Below are positions 9,773 through 19,557 of a stretch of 64,000 nt of DNA, one piece after another. Under the pieces are notes generated by a model. The model was given only the letters and a program-made list of their open reading frames with translations. It did no database searches and had not been told where the DNA came from. Positions within the stretch are counted from its first letter, which is position 1, and every line of letters starts with the position of its first letter. The DNA lies in assembly GCA_902788485.1 (NCBI GenBank), contig CADAKI010000001.1:27927-91926 (forward strand). The letters are read 5' to 3'. The translations under genes were made by a program, and so were the position numbers. The stretch is from an uncultured Pseudomonadota bacterium (GTDB taxonomy: Bacteria; Pseudomonadota; Alphaproteobacteria; Rs-D84).

Positions 9773-10108
9773 TTATTCAATCCACATATCAACCAGTGGC
9801 GCATTTGCGGCCGTTCCTGATTTAACCTTGGATGTTCTGTTTGCATCTGTCCATCCAATAGTAGCCACCTCTTTCGCCCTTGTAGAGCCAGAAGGGATCA
9901 TACTAGTAGATGTTTGGGGATTTTGAGACAGAGTTGCAGGAGAATTAGCAGAGTTCTGAATTTCAACACCGTTACTATTGCGTTGAATTGATGCATCAAT
10001 ATACGCAACAGAAGCCAGCTTCGTATCCGCCGCATTGGCGACACCGCCAACACAACAAAACACGCAAGAAAACAACAAAAATTTGAGAATTGTTGCTCTC
10101 AGTCTCAT
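9773..10108 (-). CDS. Secreted hypothetical protein
   Basis: 111 aa with an N-terminal signal peptide (LKFLLFSCVFCCVGGVANAA). The mature part is low-complexity and S/T/N-rich. No recognisable domain. Confidence 0.4.
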   Translation of the reverse strand: MRLRATILKFLLFSCVFCCVGGVANAADTKLASVAYIDASIQRNSNGVEIQNSANSPATLSQNPQTSTSMIPSGSTRAKEVATIGWTDANRTSKVKSGTAANAPLVDMWIE

Positions 10109-10173
10109 AATCTACTTTTTCCCCTTACCATAAGGGTAGTAAAAATTATGAAACTGAATCAAGCACAAAAATG

Positions 10174-10404
10174 TTATTTTTGTGTTTTATTCTTGACTTT
10201 TCTATAACCTTTTGATTTTACAGGTGTTTTAGAAACCTTTTTCTTGACATCTGCACCATCTTTTTTGTCCGTATTTTTCAATTCTTTTTTAAAGATATTT
10301 ATCCCATCGGCGACATTTTTCATCATGCCCGGAATCGCCCGATGACCGAACAAAATAATCAACAAAATAACAATAACCAGTATTTCCATCCAACCCAATC
10401 TCAT
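10174..10404 (-). CDS. tatA: Tat translocase subunit TatA
   Basis: Start re-assigned to ATG at 10404 (MRLGWMEILVIVILLIILFGHRAIPGMMKNVADGINIFKKE...), preceded by SD AAGGGGG. TM + LFG + amphipathic-helix KxFKK pattern is typical of TatA/E. The ATG at 10440 would overlap the upstream SPOR gene. Confidence 0.7.
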   Translation of the reverse strand: MRLGWMEILVIVILLIILFGHRAIPGMMKNVADGINIFKKELKNTDKKDGADVKKKVSKTPVKSKGYRKVKNKTQK

Positions 10405-10421
10405 TTTATGCCCCCTTTTAA

Positions 10422-11237
10422 TTATTTGGCAACATAGCAATCCAAACCATCCGATTTGGCATTACGACAAAAACCATTTGCATCATTACTGTTATTAAAC
10501 GCAACACGCAACCGATATGTTGTCCGACCATCTTTTAACACTGAGGCCAAAACAACAAATTGTTTTCCGGCGAACAAACTGCTGTGCGCGGCACGAATTT
10601 TTACCCCGGCTGCATTTGCCGCGTCACGCGTTGCATATGAACCAAACTGAACATACCATGCGGCACCACCAGACGACTTTTCAACTTTCTTTGGTGCGGT
10701 TTTTGCCACCGGCTTTTTTGCCGTCTGGGCAGTCGTTTTTTGTACAGGTTTCACAACCGGTTTTGCAACTGGCTCTGATTCAACCTTGTTCGGATTAAAC
10801 ACGACATCGCGTCTATCTTCGATAACACGAACATTTGAATCAACATCCGCCCCAGGTTTAACATCCACTTTTTTCGGTTGTGGTTGTGGTTGAACCTGGA
10901 CCGGTGCAACCGGCGCAACATTTTGCGCAACCGCAACATCCGACGGCACATTTAATGGTTGTGGATTCACATCCGGTGTTGGCATTGGCGCCGGCATATC
11001 ACCACCATCAACAACCACAGACGGTTCGCCATCTAAATCAATCTCAACCGATGAAGACGAAGACCCCCCAACGGTGCGCACAATCACATATGTTGCCAAC
11101 GCAATCACAACCAAACCCACCCCTAACAACAACCACGGCTTTCTGGGACGTGGGGTTGCAAATGCAACCTCGGGTAAAGAATCCGATGTGTCACCATCTA
11201 AATCTAATAAATCCAAATTTGTGTTTTCGTCGTTCAT
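10422..11237 (-). CDS. SPOR-domain protein (FtsN/DedD-like; single TM, Pro-rich linker, C-terminal SPOR)
   Basis: 271 aa. TM LLLGVGLVVIALATYVIV, a P/V/Q/K-rich linker, and C-terminal WYVQFGSYATRDAANAAGVKIRAAH...YRLRVAFNNSNDANGFC...GLDCYV matching the SPOR fold consensus. Confidence 0.75.
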   Translation of the reverse strand: MNDENTNLDLLDLDGDTSDSLPEVAFATPRPRKPWLLLGVGLVVIALATYVIVRTVGGSSSSSVEIDLDGEPSVVVDGGDMPAPMPTPDVNPQPLNVPSDVAVAQNVAPVAPVQVQPQPQPKKVDVKPGADVDSNVRVIEDRRDVVFNPNKVESEPVAKPVVKPVQKTTAQTAKKPVAKTAPKKVEKSSGGAAWYVQFGSYATRDAANAAGVKIRAAHSSLFAGKQFVVLASVLKDGRTTYRLRVAFNNSNDANGFCRNAKSDGLDCYVAK

Positions 11238-11314
11238 AAAAAACTCCCTTGTAAATTGCTTACAAGGGATATTATATCACAAATAAATCATTATTCCAAA
11301 TCGCAACAGCATTT

Positions 11315-11455
11315 TTATTTTGGCATATTTCCAAAATTTGGTGGCACAATCAATTTGTGATTTTGTTCAACGATTGGTTCGACCTCGCAATTACAACACC
11401 CGGCCAGCGCACCAACCGTCACCACACATAATGTCCACAATAAAAATTTTCTCAT
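11315..11455 (-). CDS. Small predicted lipoprotein (46 aa)
   Basis: Below the ORF-track size cut-off. MRKFLLWTLCVVTVGALAGCCNCEVEPIVEQNHKLIVPPNFGNMPK, with a signal peptide and LAGC lipobox. No SD seen. Confidence 0.3.
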   Translation of the reverse strand: MRKFLLWTLCVVTVGALAGCCNCEVEPIVEQNHKLIVPPNFGNMPK

Positions 11456-11520
11456 TTCTTTTCCTTTTAATCTTGATTTAGAAAAAACAACAAGTAGATG
11501 TCCGTTATTTTCCTAAATTA

Positions 11521-11544
11521 TGCCCCAATTGATTGATTGGGGCA
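11521..11544 (-). terminator. Hairpin immediately downstream of thrS (candidate terminator)
   Basis: Perfect 8-bp stem gccccaat / attggggc with a 6-nt loop, 9 nt after the thrS stop. Only a weak U-tract follows on the minus strand. Confidence 0.35.
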
Positions 11545-11552
11545 ATATGTTT

Positions 11553-13280
11553 TTATAAAGGCATTTTGATTGCATCAATCATTTGACGAACAAAATCATT
11601 TAACGCCACAACTTCCTGGGATTCTACCCCCAATTTACGCAAAGTGACCGTTTTATCATTTTGTTCTTTTTCACCAACAACGGCAATGATTGGTGTTTTT
11701 GCCATCGACAATTCGCGAATCTTGTAATTAACCTTTTCGTCGCGCAAATCTGCACGTGCATAAACACCCGCGCCACGCAAATCGGCAACAACCTTTTCTG
11801 CATATTCGCGATATTTTTCCGACACAGGCACAACAACAACCGGTTCCGGCGACAGCCACAACGGCAAATTACCCGCATGGTTTTCCAACAATATGCCCAT
11901 AAACCGTTCAATCGATCCAAACAACGCACGATGCAACATCACCGGACGATGTTTTTCACCATCTTCACCGATATAAGAAATATCGAATCTTTCCGGTAAA
12001 TTCATATCGACCTGGATTGTTCCACATTGCCATTCGCGACCAATTGCATCACGCAAAATAAATTCCAACTTGGGTCCATAAAACGCACCCTCGCCCGGAT
12101 TTATTTCAAACGCGTATCCATGCGCCGTCAACGCATTTGCCAACGATTTTTCGCACAAATCCCAAATTTCATCCGAACCAATACGTTTTTCCGGCCGCGT
12201 GGACAGATAAATTTTAACATCCGTAAATCCAAATGTTTTATAAATATCCAAAATCAGTTTTAATGTATCGATGCATTCTGCCTCCATCTGTTCTGGGGCA
12301 CAGAAAATATGCGCATCATCCTGGGTAAACTCACGCACACGCATCAATCCCATCAACGAACCCGATGCCTCGTAACGATTAACCTTGCCAAATTCAGCCA
12401 TACGCAACGGCAAATCGCGATAAGAACGCAATTCATTACGATAAATCAATACACCACCCGGACAATTCATCGGTTTAATACAGAACATACGTCCATCTTC
12501 GGTTTTGCCCGAATAATTATGTGCACCATATTTTTCCCAATGTCCGGATGTTTCCCACAAAGACCGATCCATAACACCGGGGGTGCAAACCTCGACATAA
12601 CCGGCGCGGTCCTGACGGGCACGCATATATTCAATCAAACGACGATAAATTTTATAACCCTTGTCATGCCAAAACACCGCACCCGGCGCAAATTCCGGTT
12701 CAAAATGGAACAAATCCATTTCGCGCCCCAATTTACGATTATCGCGTTTGGCGGCCTCTTCCTGCATCTTCAAAAACGCATCCAATTCATCTTTGCTGGC
12801 AAATGCATCAACATAAATTCTTTGCAGCATTTTGTTTTTAGAATCCCCCCGCCAATACGCACCGGCAACCGCGCGAATTTTGAACCCATCGCGTGGCAAA
12901 TCCTTACTTGATTCCACATGCGGCCCACGGCACAAATCCGTAAAATCACGGAAAGTATAAATCGACAACTTTTCGCCATTGGCATCATATTCATTCAACC
13001 ATTCCATTTTATACGGCTGGTCCGCAAAGATTTGTTTTGCTTCATCTAAACTGACAATTCTTTGTTCGAATCGACCATTTGATTTAATCAGTTCACGCAT
13101 TTCCCGTTCGATTTTTTCAAAATCTTCTTCGGAAAATCTGTAATCTGTATCGAAATCATAATAAAATCCATTTTCGATTGCCGGTCCACCCGCAAATTTA
13201 ATTTCCGGATGTAATTTTTTAACCGCCGCCGCCATAACGTGAGCCAACGAATGACGAACCGTTTCAATTGGATAAGACAT
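11553..13280 (-). CDS. thrS: Threonine--tRNA ligase lacking the N-terminal TGS domain
   Basis: 575 aa. Starts at RHSLAHVMAAAVKKL...GFYYDFD, equivalent to about residue 70 of E. coli ThrRS. Class-II motifs present (FRDFTDLCRGPHV; CIKPMNCPG; RMAEFG...QDDAHIFC). An in-frame stop lies 6 codons upstream of the ATG, so no TGS domain in this frame. Confidence 0.9.
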   Translation of the reverse strand: MSYPIETVRHSLAHVMAAAVKKLHPEIKFAGGPAIENGFYYDFDTDYRFSEEDFEKIEREMRELIKSNGRFEQRIVSLDEAKQIFADQPYKMEWLNEYDANGEKLSIYTFRDFTDLCRGPHVESSKDLPRDGFKIRAVAGAYWRGDSKNKMLQRIYVDAFASKDELDAFLKMQEEAAKRDNRKLGREMDLFHFEPEFAPGAVFWHDKGYKIYRRLIEYMRARQDRAGYVEVCTPGVMDRSLWETSGHWEKYGAHNYSGKTEDGRMFCIKPMNCPGGVLIYRNELRSYRDLPLRMAEFGKVNRYEASGSLMGLMRVREFTQDDAHIFCAPEQMEAECIDTLKLILDIYKTFGFTDVKIYLSTRPEKRIGSDEIWDLCEKSLANALTAHGYAFEINPGEGAFYGPKLEFILRDAIGREWQCGTIQVDMNLPERFDISYIGEDGEKHRPVMLHRALFGSIERFMGILLENHAGNLPLWLSPEPVVVVPVSEKYREYAEKVVADLRGAGVYARADLRDEKVNYKIRELSMAKTPIIAVVGEKEQNDKTVTLRKLGVESQEVVALNDFVRQMIDAIKMPL

Positions 13281-13538
13281 AATAACTAACCTTTTTTATC
13301 TGTATTTGTTTTTTTAATTTGAAATTGTTTTGAATTATAATACGCACAAAACATATGTGCAAATAAAATTACCGCACCCCCACAGGGGTTGTGGTTGTCA
13401 ATGTCGTAAAGATGAATTTATTTAAAAACATGCAAATATAATAAAACAAAAACCGCCAAAAGTCAACACATCACGCTTTCAATTTTGAAAACACATTAAA
13501 ATATGATAAAATATCTCAGAAAACATTATGGAGAGATT

Positions 13539-14378
13539 ATGAAAAAATTATTATTTATTATTCCAATCATATTTGGCACATTTTGTATTATACCCGCACA
13601 CTGTGCATGCGCCCCCGGCGATACAAATTGTACAACCAAACGCGATGGCACATATTCTGCTGAATGCCAAGAAGATGGTGCCGATTGTTCTAAAACAGGC
13701 GCCAAAATCGCAAAATGCAAACCGATTGACGGCACATTACGATGCACCGCACACGAATGCGATAATGATTATTATCTGTGGTTTTATAACGGAAATTCTA
13801 TGGGTGTATGTTATACAACAACAATGGCTGAAAATTATTGCCGCAATCCAAAATATTGTGTCGAAAAAAATTGCGAACCAAAATTTGAGACAAAAACACA
13901 CTATGGAAAAACAATCAATGCATTTACCGGATGTGTAAAAGAACAAATACAATCAACACCACCGACGGCCCCGGATAACGAATCGTCCACCCCAACAACA
14001 CCACAAGAAACACCCGCGGACGAACAAAAACCGGATGCATCGGCACCAGAAAACAAATCAGACACAACCGTCAATGTCACATGCACAGAAAAACGCAAGT
14101 GCAAAACATTAACTATATTTGAACGAATTGATGATGAAATAAAATACCTGAACGACCAAAAATTATCCGTGTGGCGCGATGCCAACGGCGATTTCAACAC
14201 GGCGCGTTTGGCATCTGATTCAATCGCGGGTGTGGTATTGGGCACCGCCGGTGGCGTCATCACCAGCAAAATTGTCAAAAAGAATCAAATTAAAAACGGA
14301 TTTGAAGATTTGAAATGCACAATCGGTGGCCAGGTTGTCGCAACATACGGCGACGAATTCACCGTCGGTATAAATTAA
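13539..14378 (+). CDS. Secreted cysteine-rich protein (hypothetical)
   Basis: Start taken at MKKLLFIIPIIFGTFCIIPAHC (signal peptide; GGAG 4 nt upstream). The track's ATG at 13503 is also possible. About 16 Cys in the first 130 mature residues, then a P/T/E-rich linker and a C-terminal ~110-aa domain. No recognisable family. Confidence 0.5.
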   Translation: MKKLLFIIPIIFGTFCIIPAHCACAPGDTNCTTKRDGTYSAECQEDGADCSKTGAKIAKCKPIDGTLRCTAHECDNDYYLWFYNGNSMGVCYTTTMAENYCRNPKYCVEKNCEPKFETKTHYGKTINAFTGCVKEQIQSTPPTAPDNESSTPTTPQETPADEQKPDASAPENKSDTTVNVTCTEKRKCKTLTIFERIDDEIKYLNDQKLSVWRDANGDFNTARLASDSIAGVVLGTAGGVITSKIVKKNQIKNGFEDLKCTIGGQVVATYGDEFTVGIN

Positions 14379-14382
14379 AAAA

Positions 14383-14407
14383 ACGGGCAATGCCCGCTTT
14401 TTTTTAA
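14383..14407. terminator. Rho-independent terminator, bidirectional between convergent genes
   Basis: cgggc-aat-gcccg hairpin flanked by AAAAAAA upstream and TTTTTTTT downstream. Confidence 0.55.
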
Positions 14408-15183
14408 ATCAAACAAATTGGCTTTGGAAAATCCAAAATACTGCCAAACAACACGGCAAAGAAAAAACACACCGTTCCACCAATCACAAACAAATGCCAC
14501 AACGCATGTGAAAAACGCATTTTCCGCCACAGGTAAAATATCACACCAAACGAATACGACAAACCACCCGCCAAAATAAACCACATACCACGCGCAGATA
14601 TCGTTTCAATCATGGCGGGCAAAATCCAAACCAATGCCCAACCCATAATCAAATATAACGCAACCATCCATTTGGGTTGTCTTTTTGGGCTTTTTATTTT
14701 CATAATCGCACCAAAAATAACAATCGCCCACAACACACCAAACATAGACCACCCCAACGCCGTGTGACCACATCGATTTAAATTCACCAACAAAAACGGC
14801 GTATATGTTCCGGCAATCAATGCATAAATTGCGATACTATCCCAAACCTCGAAAAACGCCTCGCACCGGTCACCAATCGTTGCATGGCACATTGTTGAGC
14901 CAAAATACAATGTGAACATTGTTGCGCCAAATATCGCACACGACACAATCGCCCACACATTGTGATACAGCACCGCATACGCAACCAACATTGCCAATCC
15001 TGCAATCGCCAAACCCATGCCAATACCGTGCGTCAAAATATTAAAAAATTCTTCCGTTTTGGTTGATGGCCTCTCCCACCGGAACAATCCCGTTGATTGC
15101 AAGAAACGCAGCATTCGCGACGCCTCTTTATTTTTTCTAACGGCTTTTAATTTTGTTCTGACTTCTCGTCTTGATTTTTTCAT
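14404..15183 (-). CDS. Hemolysin-III / PAQR family membrane protein
   Basis: 259 aa. Seven TMs with family motifs FNILTHGIG, IYALIAGTYTPF and SHALWHLFV. An internal start at MLRFLQ (236 aa) is possible. Confidence 0.8.
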   Translation of the reverse strand: MKKSRREVRTKLKAVRKNKEASRMLRFLQSTGLFRWERPSTKTEEFFNILTHGIGMGLAIAGLAMLVAYAVLYHNVWAIVSCAIFGATMFTLYFGSTMCHATIGDRCEAFFEVWDSIAIYALIAGTYTPFLLVNLNRCGHTALGWSMFGVLWAIVIFGAIMKIKSPKRQPKWMVALYLIMGWALVWILPAMIETISARGMWFILAGGLSYSFGVIFYLWRKMRFSHALWHLFVIGGTVCFFFAVLFGSILDFPKPICLI

Positions 15184-15184
15184 A

Positions 15185-16762
15185 TTATTTCAATGCCCCC
15201 TGCACTCTTGATACAACCCTGTTCTCTCCCATAACTTGCATAATCGAATATAAATCTGGTGTATTGGTCCGACCGGTCAGCGCGACACGCAAATTCATCG
15301 CCACATCACCATTTTTGACACCCGCCGCATTTGCAATCGCAACGATTTTATTCCACCAAGTATCTTTATCATCACGAATATCAAATGTTGCCAAAAATTC
15401 ATTTAACAAATCACGATTAAATTCAAATTCTGTATTCGGCGCAAAAAAATCATCCCAGAAATACGCAACCTCGGAAAGTGTTTGCCGCCATGTAATAAAA
15501 TCTTTTCTGATTCGTTTTGGATTATCGCGTTCAATCGATAAAACCGAACGCAAATAATCAACATCGCGAATCTGCGCTATATGCATGGAATCCGCGTATT
15601 TTTCCGCCCACGCGACAACATTTTGCACCAATTCATCAACCGACATTTGTGCAATATTTTCCTTGGCCCACCACTCTAACTTTTTCATATCGAACAACGC
15701 ACCAGACATCGGTATCTTTTTTGGACGAAATTCGTATTCCCAAACAGATTTCACCGCACCCTTTAATTTTGCTTCTTCATATCCAGACGCGATAATATTA
15801 AACAAATATTCCAACACCGCATTGGTTGGCCAACCCGCCGCCAATAAATTTGCAACATTAGATTCCGGGTCATGCCGTTTGGACAACTTGCGTTGCTTAC
15901 CGGTGTCCGCATCGATTGTATCCAATGTCGATGTGTGAATATACAACGGCGGTGTCCACCCCATCATACGAAATAATTGATAATGCAACGGCAATGACGA
16001 CAACCATTCGGCACCACGAACGACATGTGTTGTCCGCATAAAATGGTCATCACATAAATGCGCAAAATGATACGTTGGCAAACCGTCATTTGATTTAATC
16101 AATACTAAATCTTCATTATTTTCTGGGAAAGATATTGAACCACGCACCGCATCTTTACAGAAAATGCGCTGTTCCGGATTACCGGTTGAATACAAACGAA
16201 TCGACGGAACCTCGCCTTTATCCAAATGCGCAACAATCTCGGATTCTGTTAAATCACGGTCACGTGCAAATTCACCATAAATACCGGTTGGAAAACCCGC
16301 CGCCGATTGTTTTGCGCGTATTTCTTCCATATCAGAGGCCGTTAAAAAACAAGGATACGCCAAACCGCGCGCCAATAAATCCGCCGCCACCGAATGGTAA
16401 ATATCTTTGCGTTGTGATTGATAATACGGCCCATATTTTTCATCGTTATTATATTGCAAACCAAATGCCGCCAAAGAATCGACAATAATTTGCACCGCGT
16501 CTTTAACCTCGCGCTTGGTATCTGTATCTTCGATACGCAACATGAAAACACCATGCGATTGTTGTGCCAATTTAGAATTAATTAAAACCTGGTACAAACC
16601 ACCAATATGCATAAAACCGGTCGGACTGGGTGCGAATCGGGTGACAAATGCCCCATCGGGTAAATCGCGTTCCGGGAATTTTTCCTCTAACTCTGCAACA
16701 GTATATTTTGGTTTTACGCCCAAAACTCGTTCAATTAAATCAGGTTTCAATCCATTTCGCAT
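15185..16762 (-). CDS. gltX: Glutamate--tRNA ligase
   Basis: 525 aa. RFAPSPTGFMHIGG (HIGH), KLSKR (KMSKS) and a GluRS-type (not GlnRS) HIGH context. About 40-aa N-terminal extension. Confidence 0.85.
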   Translation of the reverse strand: MRNGLKPDLIERVLGVKPKYTVAELEEKFPERDLPDGAFVTRFAPSPTGFMHIGGLYQVLINSKLAQQSHGVFMLRIEDTDTKREVKDAVQIIVDSLAAFGLQYNNDEKYGPYYQSQRKDIYHSVAADLLARGLAYPCFLTASDMEEIRAKQSAAGFPTGIYGEFARDRDLTESEIVAHLDKGEVPSIRLYSTGNPEQRIFCKDAVRGSISFPENNEDLVLIKSNDGLPTYHFAHLCDDHFMRTTHVVRGAEWLSSLPLHYQLFRMMGWTPPLYIHTSTLDTIDADTGKQRKLSKRHDPESNVANLLAAGWPTNAVLEYLFNIIASGYEEAKLKGAVKSVWEYEFRPKKIPMSGALFDMKKLEWWAKENIAQMSVDELVQNVVAWAEKYADSMHIAQIRDVDYLRSVLSIERDNPKRIRKDFITWRQTLSEVAYFWDDFFAPNTEFEFNRDLLNEFLATFDIRDDKDTWWNKIVAIANAAGVKNGDVAMNLRVALTGRTNTPDLYSIMQVMGENRVVSRVQGALK

Positions 16763-16808
16763 TTTCGTTTTCCTTGTGTTTAGAACAAACCGATTCTATA
16801 CTAATTAT

Positions 16809-17465
16809 ATGGAAAAACAAGAAATAAGAACATTTGGTCGCCGACACGGTAAAAAATTATCGCCACGAAAACAATCGTTATTGGCGAATATTTTGCCGGC
16901 CATTTTGCCAAAAAACATCAAAAACACCGGGAATTTAATTCTGGAAATTGGTTTTGGCAATGGCGAACATGTTCGCGATTTGGCGATTCGCAATCCACAA
17001 TCAATTATTATTGGCGCCGAACCATTTATGAACGGTGTTGCGGCATTATTATCCGCCATCACACACGAATCGAATAATCAAATTATGGACGAATTTAAAA
17101 ACATCTATATTTGGCCGGACGATGTTCGAAAACTTTTACATGAAACAAATCTAGAATTTAACGAAATTTGGGTTTTGCACCCAGACCCCTGGCCCAAGGC
17201 AAAACATGAAAAACGCAGGTTATTAAATTCTGAATTTTTAAATCTAATTGGCGAACATTTAACCGCGGATGGCCAAATCATCATCGGCACCGACCATTGG
17301 GAATATTTCGATTGGATATCACAACAGGTTAAAAAAACCGCGCTATGTGCATCATTTCCGCCAAAATCTAAAATTCATACACGATACGCTGAAAAAAATA
17401 TGGCGGGAACAACCGAACCAAAATATATGATTTTAACAAAATCAATAATTGACCCAAAAATGTAA
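16809..17465 (+). CDS. trmB: tRNA (guanine46-N7)-methyltransferase
   Basis: Start re-assigned to ATG at 16809 (MEKQEIRTFGRRHGKKLSPRKQ...). The 316-aa track ORF overlaps gltX. TrmB motifs LEIGFGNGEH, IGAEPF and HPDPWPKAKHEKRRL. Confidence 0.85.
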   Translation: MEKQEIRTFGRRHGKKLSPRKQSLLANILPAILPKNIKNTGNLILEIGFGNGEHVRDLAIRNPQSIIIGAEPFMNGVAALLSAITHESNNQIMDEFKNIYIWPDDVRKLLHETNLEFNEIWVLHPDPWPKAKHEKRRLLNSEFLNLIGEHLTADGQIIIGTDHWEYFDWISQQVKKTALCASFPPKSKIHTRYAEKNMAGTTEPKYMILTKSIIDPKM

Positions 17466-18116
17466 TTTATCTAATAACTCTGGACGCATTTTCGCAACCA
17501 AACGATATACTTGCTCGGCACGGTCAAAACTGTTGCCTAACATGATATGCAATTCCATATTTTGGTCTGCATCCCATGCATCCAACGCGGCATAGATGCG
17601 CCCAGTAAAATCCGATTTATCCCCCGCATCATTTGTTAACATCAATAACATCGATGTCGCACGCAATTTTTTTAAATTTGTAAAAACATTTTCCCAATCC
17701 AACGGCCAAATTTCAGATATATCAAACCCAACCGAAAAATCTTTATTAAAAAACAAATCATCACGCACCGGCAACATCAAATCTGCGAATCGGTCCAAAT
17801 CATTTAATTTAACAATTACATGCGCACCATCCGCACCATGTTTAAACCCAGATTTTATATCCACCGACATTTTTGCAACCACATCCACCCCGATTGTCGC
17901 CAGATAAAATCGCGGCATGATTTTAACATGAAATTTTTCCACCCACGGCCACAAAATCGGCACATTTTTTGGCACAACCGATAACGCCAAAACATGCGCA
18001 CTCAATGCATTTTCCGCCGCCCCCGCCAATTCAGTCGTATCAACATTATCATCCAACCACCACGACACTTTATCGGCGACATCTTTATTTTCAAAAATAT
18101 CTGTTATATTTATCAT
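17442..18116 (-). CDS. Hypothetical protein (224 aa)
   Basis: Clean ORF convergent with trmB. No motif I can assign with confidence. Confidence 0.35.
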   Translation of the reverse strand: MINITDIFENKDVADKVSWWLDDNVDTTELAGAAENALSAHVLALSVVPKNVPILWPWVEKFHVKIMPRFYLATIGVDVVAKMSVDIKSGFKHGADGAHVIVKLNDLDRFADLMLPVRDDLFFNKDFSVGFDISEIWPLDWENVFTNLKKLRATSMLLMLTNDAGDKSDFTGRIYAALDAWDADQNMELHIMLGNSFDRAEQVYRLVAKMRPELLDKLHFWVNY

Positions 18117-18158
18117 TGTCCTTTTTACTTTATCACAAATATGATATAATTAAAACAA

Positions 18159-19049
18159 ATGAAATTACACGAACGCATAAATTATATTTTATTAGGAACA
18201 CTGTGGTGCATGGCCATGGTGCTGGGGTTGGATTTTTGCCTGAACACGGTATATAACTTTAACATGTTTTCATCCGCGCATTGGGCATATATCGCCAATG
18301 CCCAGGCACAAAACCAACAAATTGCAACCGGATTCTATATTGCGATTACATTGGCAATTACATTGGGCATATTTGGACTGTATATGTTATTCCGCCCGCG
18401 TTTCAGAAAAATAATTTTAACAAAATCGGAACCGACCCCCATGCCCGCGCCCGATATTACACCACCCGCACAAGACGCCGTTTCACAAACACCAACAACA
18501 CCACAAACAATAAACGACCCGGTAATTCAACGCCCACCGCGACTGCACATACAATTACAAAACAACACACATACCACACCGCAAAAAACACCACAACAAA
18601 ACACAAACCAAACAAAAAACACCGAACAACAAAAACCGCGCTATATGCATGAAATCCGGGACATTTTTGAAAAAAACAATTATATCGTTTTGAATCCTAA
18701 AAAAATATCAAACACCGAAATTTCATTGATTGCATTGGGGTCAAACGAAACATTATGGTTGGGCGCATGCGACATATCGCACGAACAAATGGCCGATATA
18801 ATCTTGGCATTCAAATCTGTATTTGGCGAAACATTACAAGATATTGAAATTGATATAAATGCATTTATAATAAACCCGACCGACAACGAACACGTCGATG
18901 CCATTTTAGATTTCACATCTTTGGATGAATTATCAGATGCAATAAATGAAACCCCAAACGATGAACCCGACAATGACAATGAATCTGAAAACATGGACGC
19001 ATTTCGTGGATACATTGAAACGGTTATAACATACCTGGGAAATAAATAA
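18159..19049 (+). CDS. Membrane protein: two N-terminal TMs, Pro/Thr/Gln-rich linker, acidic C-terminal domain (hypothetical)
   Basis: 296 aa. TMs at about 10-30 and 57-79. Linker EPTPMPAPDITPPAQ...TPQKTPQQNTNQTKNTEQQ. C-terminal ~130-aa domain of unknown family. First gene of a four-gene cassette. Confidence 0.45.
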   Translation: MKLHERINYILLGTLWCMAMVLGLDFCLNTVYNFNMFSSAHWAYIANAQAQNQQIATGFYIAITLAITLGIFGLYMLFRPRFRKIILTKSEPTPMPAPDITPPAQDAVSQTPTTPQTINDPVIQRPPRLHIQLQNNTHTTPQKTPQQNTNQTKNTEQQKPRYMHEIRDIFEKNNYIVLNPKKISNTEISLIALGSNETLWLGACDISHEQMADIILAFKSVFGETLQDIEIDINAFIINPTDNEHVDAILDFTSLDELSDAINETPNDEPDNDNESENMDAFRGYIETVITYLGNK

Positions 19050-19555
19050 TGAAAATATCTGAAACGGCGGCAATTGCAAGAATATCAGAACTGGGGATGG
19101 ACGACATGCCACTGGTTGAATATACGCCACACGCAACAAAATTACCACCCGATTGGTTTCATAAATATCATGAATTGGTACACAAATTTATGGAAACATT
19201 GACCGATTGCGCCACAGAATTGGCATTTATGAATTTATCACAAAACGAATTTATGGCATTGGTGACTGGACGCGCATTGCCGCGCAACACTTCAATTCGG
19301 TGGCGCATACCAATCACAATGGGCGGCGAACTATCCATAGATAATATGTTTTTATGCCGAACATTTCCACACTCACACAGATTGGACAGATTTTTAATCG
19401 AACAATCTGGGAACGAAACAATATGGTTACCAAACCCGGCACACGCCATATACATCACCACACACACCGCGGGTGGTGGTGCGGGCGGAAACGCAACATC
19501 GGACCGATTGGCCCAAATGGCCAGTCAGATTGCCAACGATAACTCTTTGGGATAA
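19049..19555 (+). CDS. Hypothetical protein with a colicin-DNase/HNH-like motif
   Basis: 168 aa. Start overlaps the upstream stop (TAATG). RIPITMGGELSIDNMFLCRTFPHSHRLD resembles the colicin E9 DNase HNH core [27 protein letters not shown]. The HH doublet that precedes the motif is W-R here. Confidence 0.4.
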   Translation: MKISETAAIARISELGMDDMPLVEYTPHATKLPPDWFHKYHELVHKFMETLTDCATELAFMNLSQNEFMALVTGRALPRNTSIRWRIPITMGGELSIDNMFLCRTFPHSHRLDRFLIEQSGNETIWLPNPAHAIYITTHTAGGGAGGNATSDRLAQMASQIANDNSLG

Positions 19556-19557
19556 AC

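Noticed and set aside
12309-12911. 200-aa + strand ORF
   Set aside because: It is antisense to the thrS catalytic domain.
16515-16808. 98-aa N-terminal extension of the trmB ORF
   Set aside because: It overlaps the gltX coding region on the minus strand. TrmB homology starts at MEKQEIRTF (16809).
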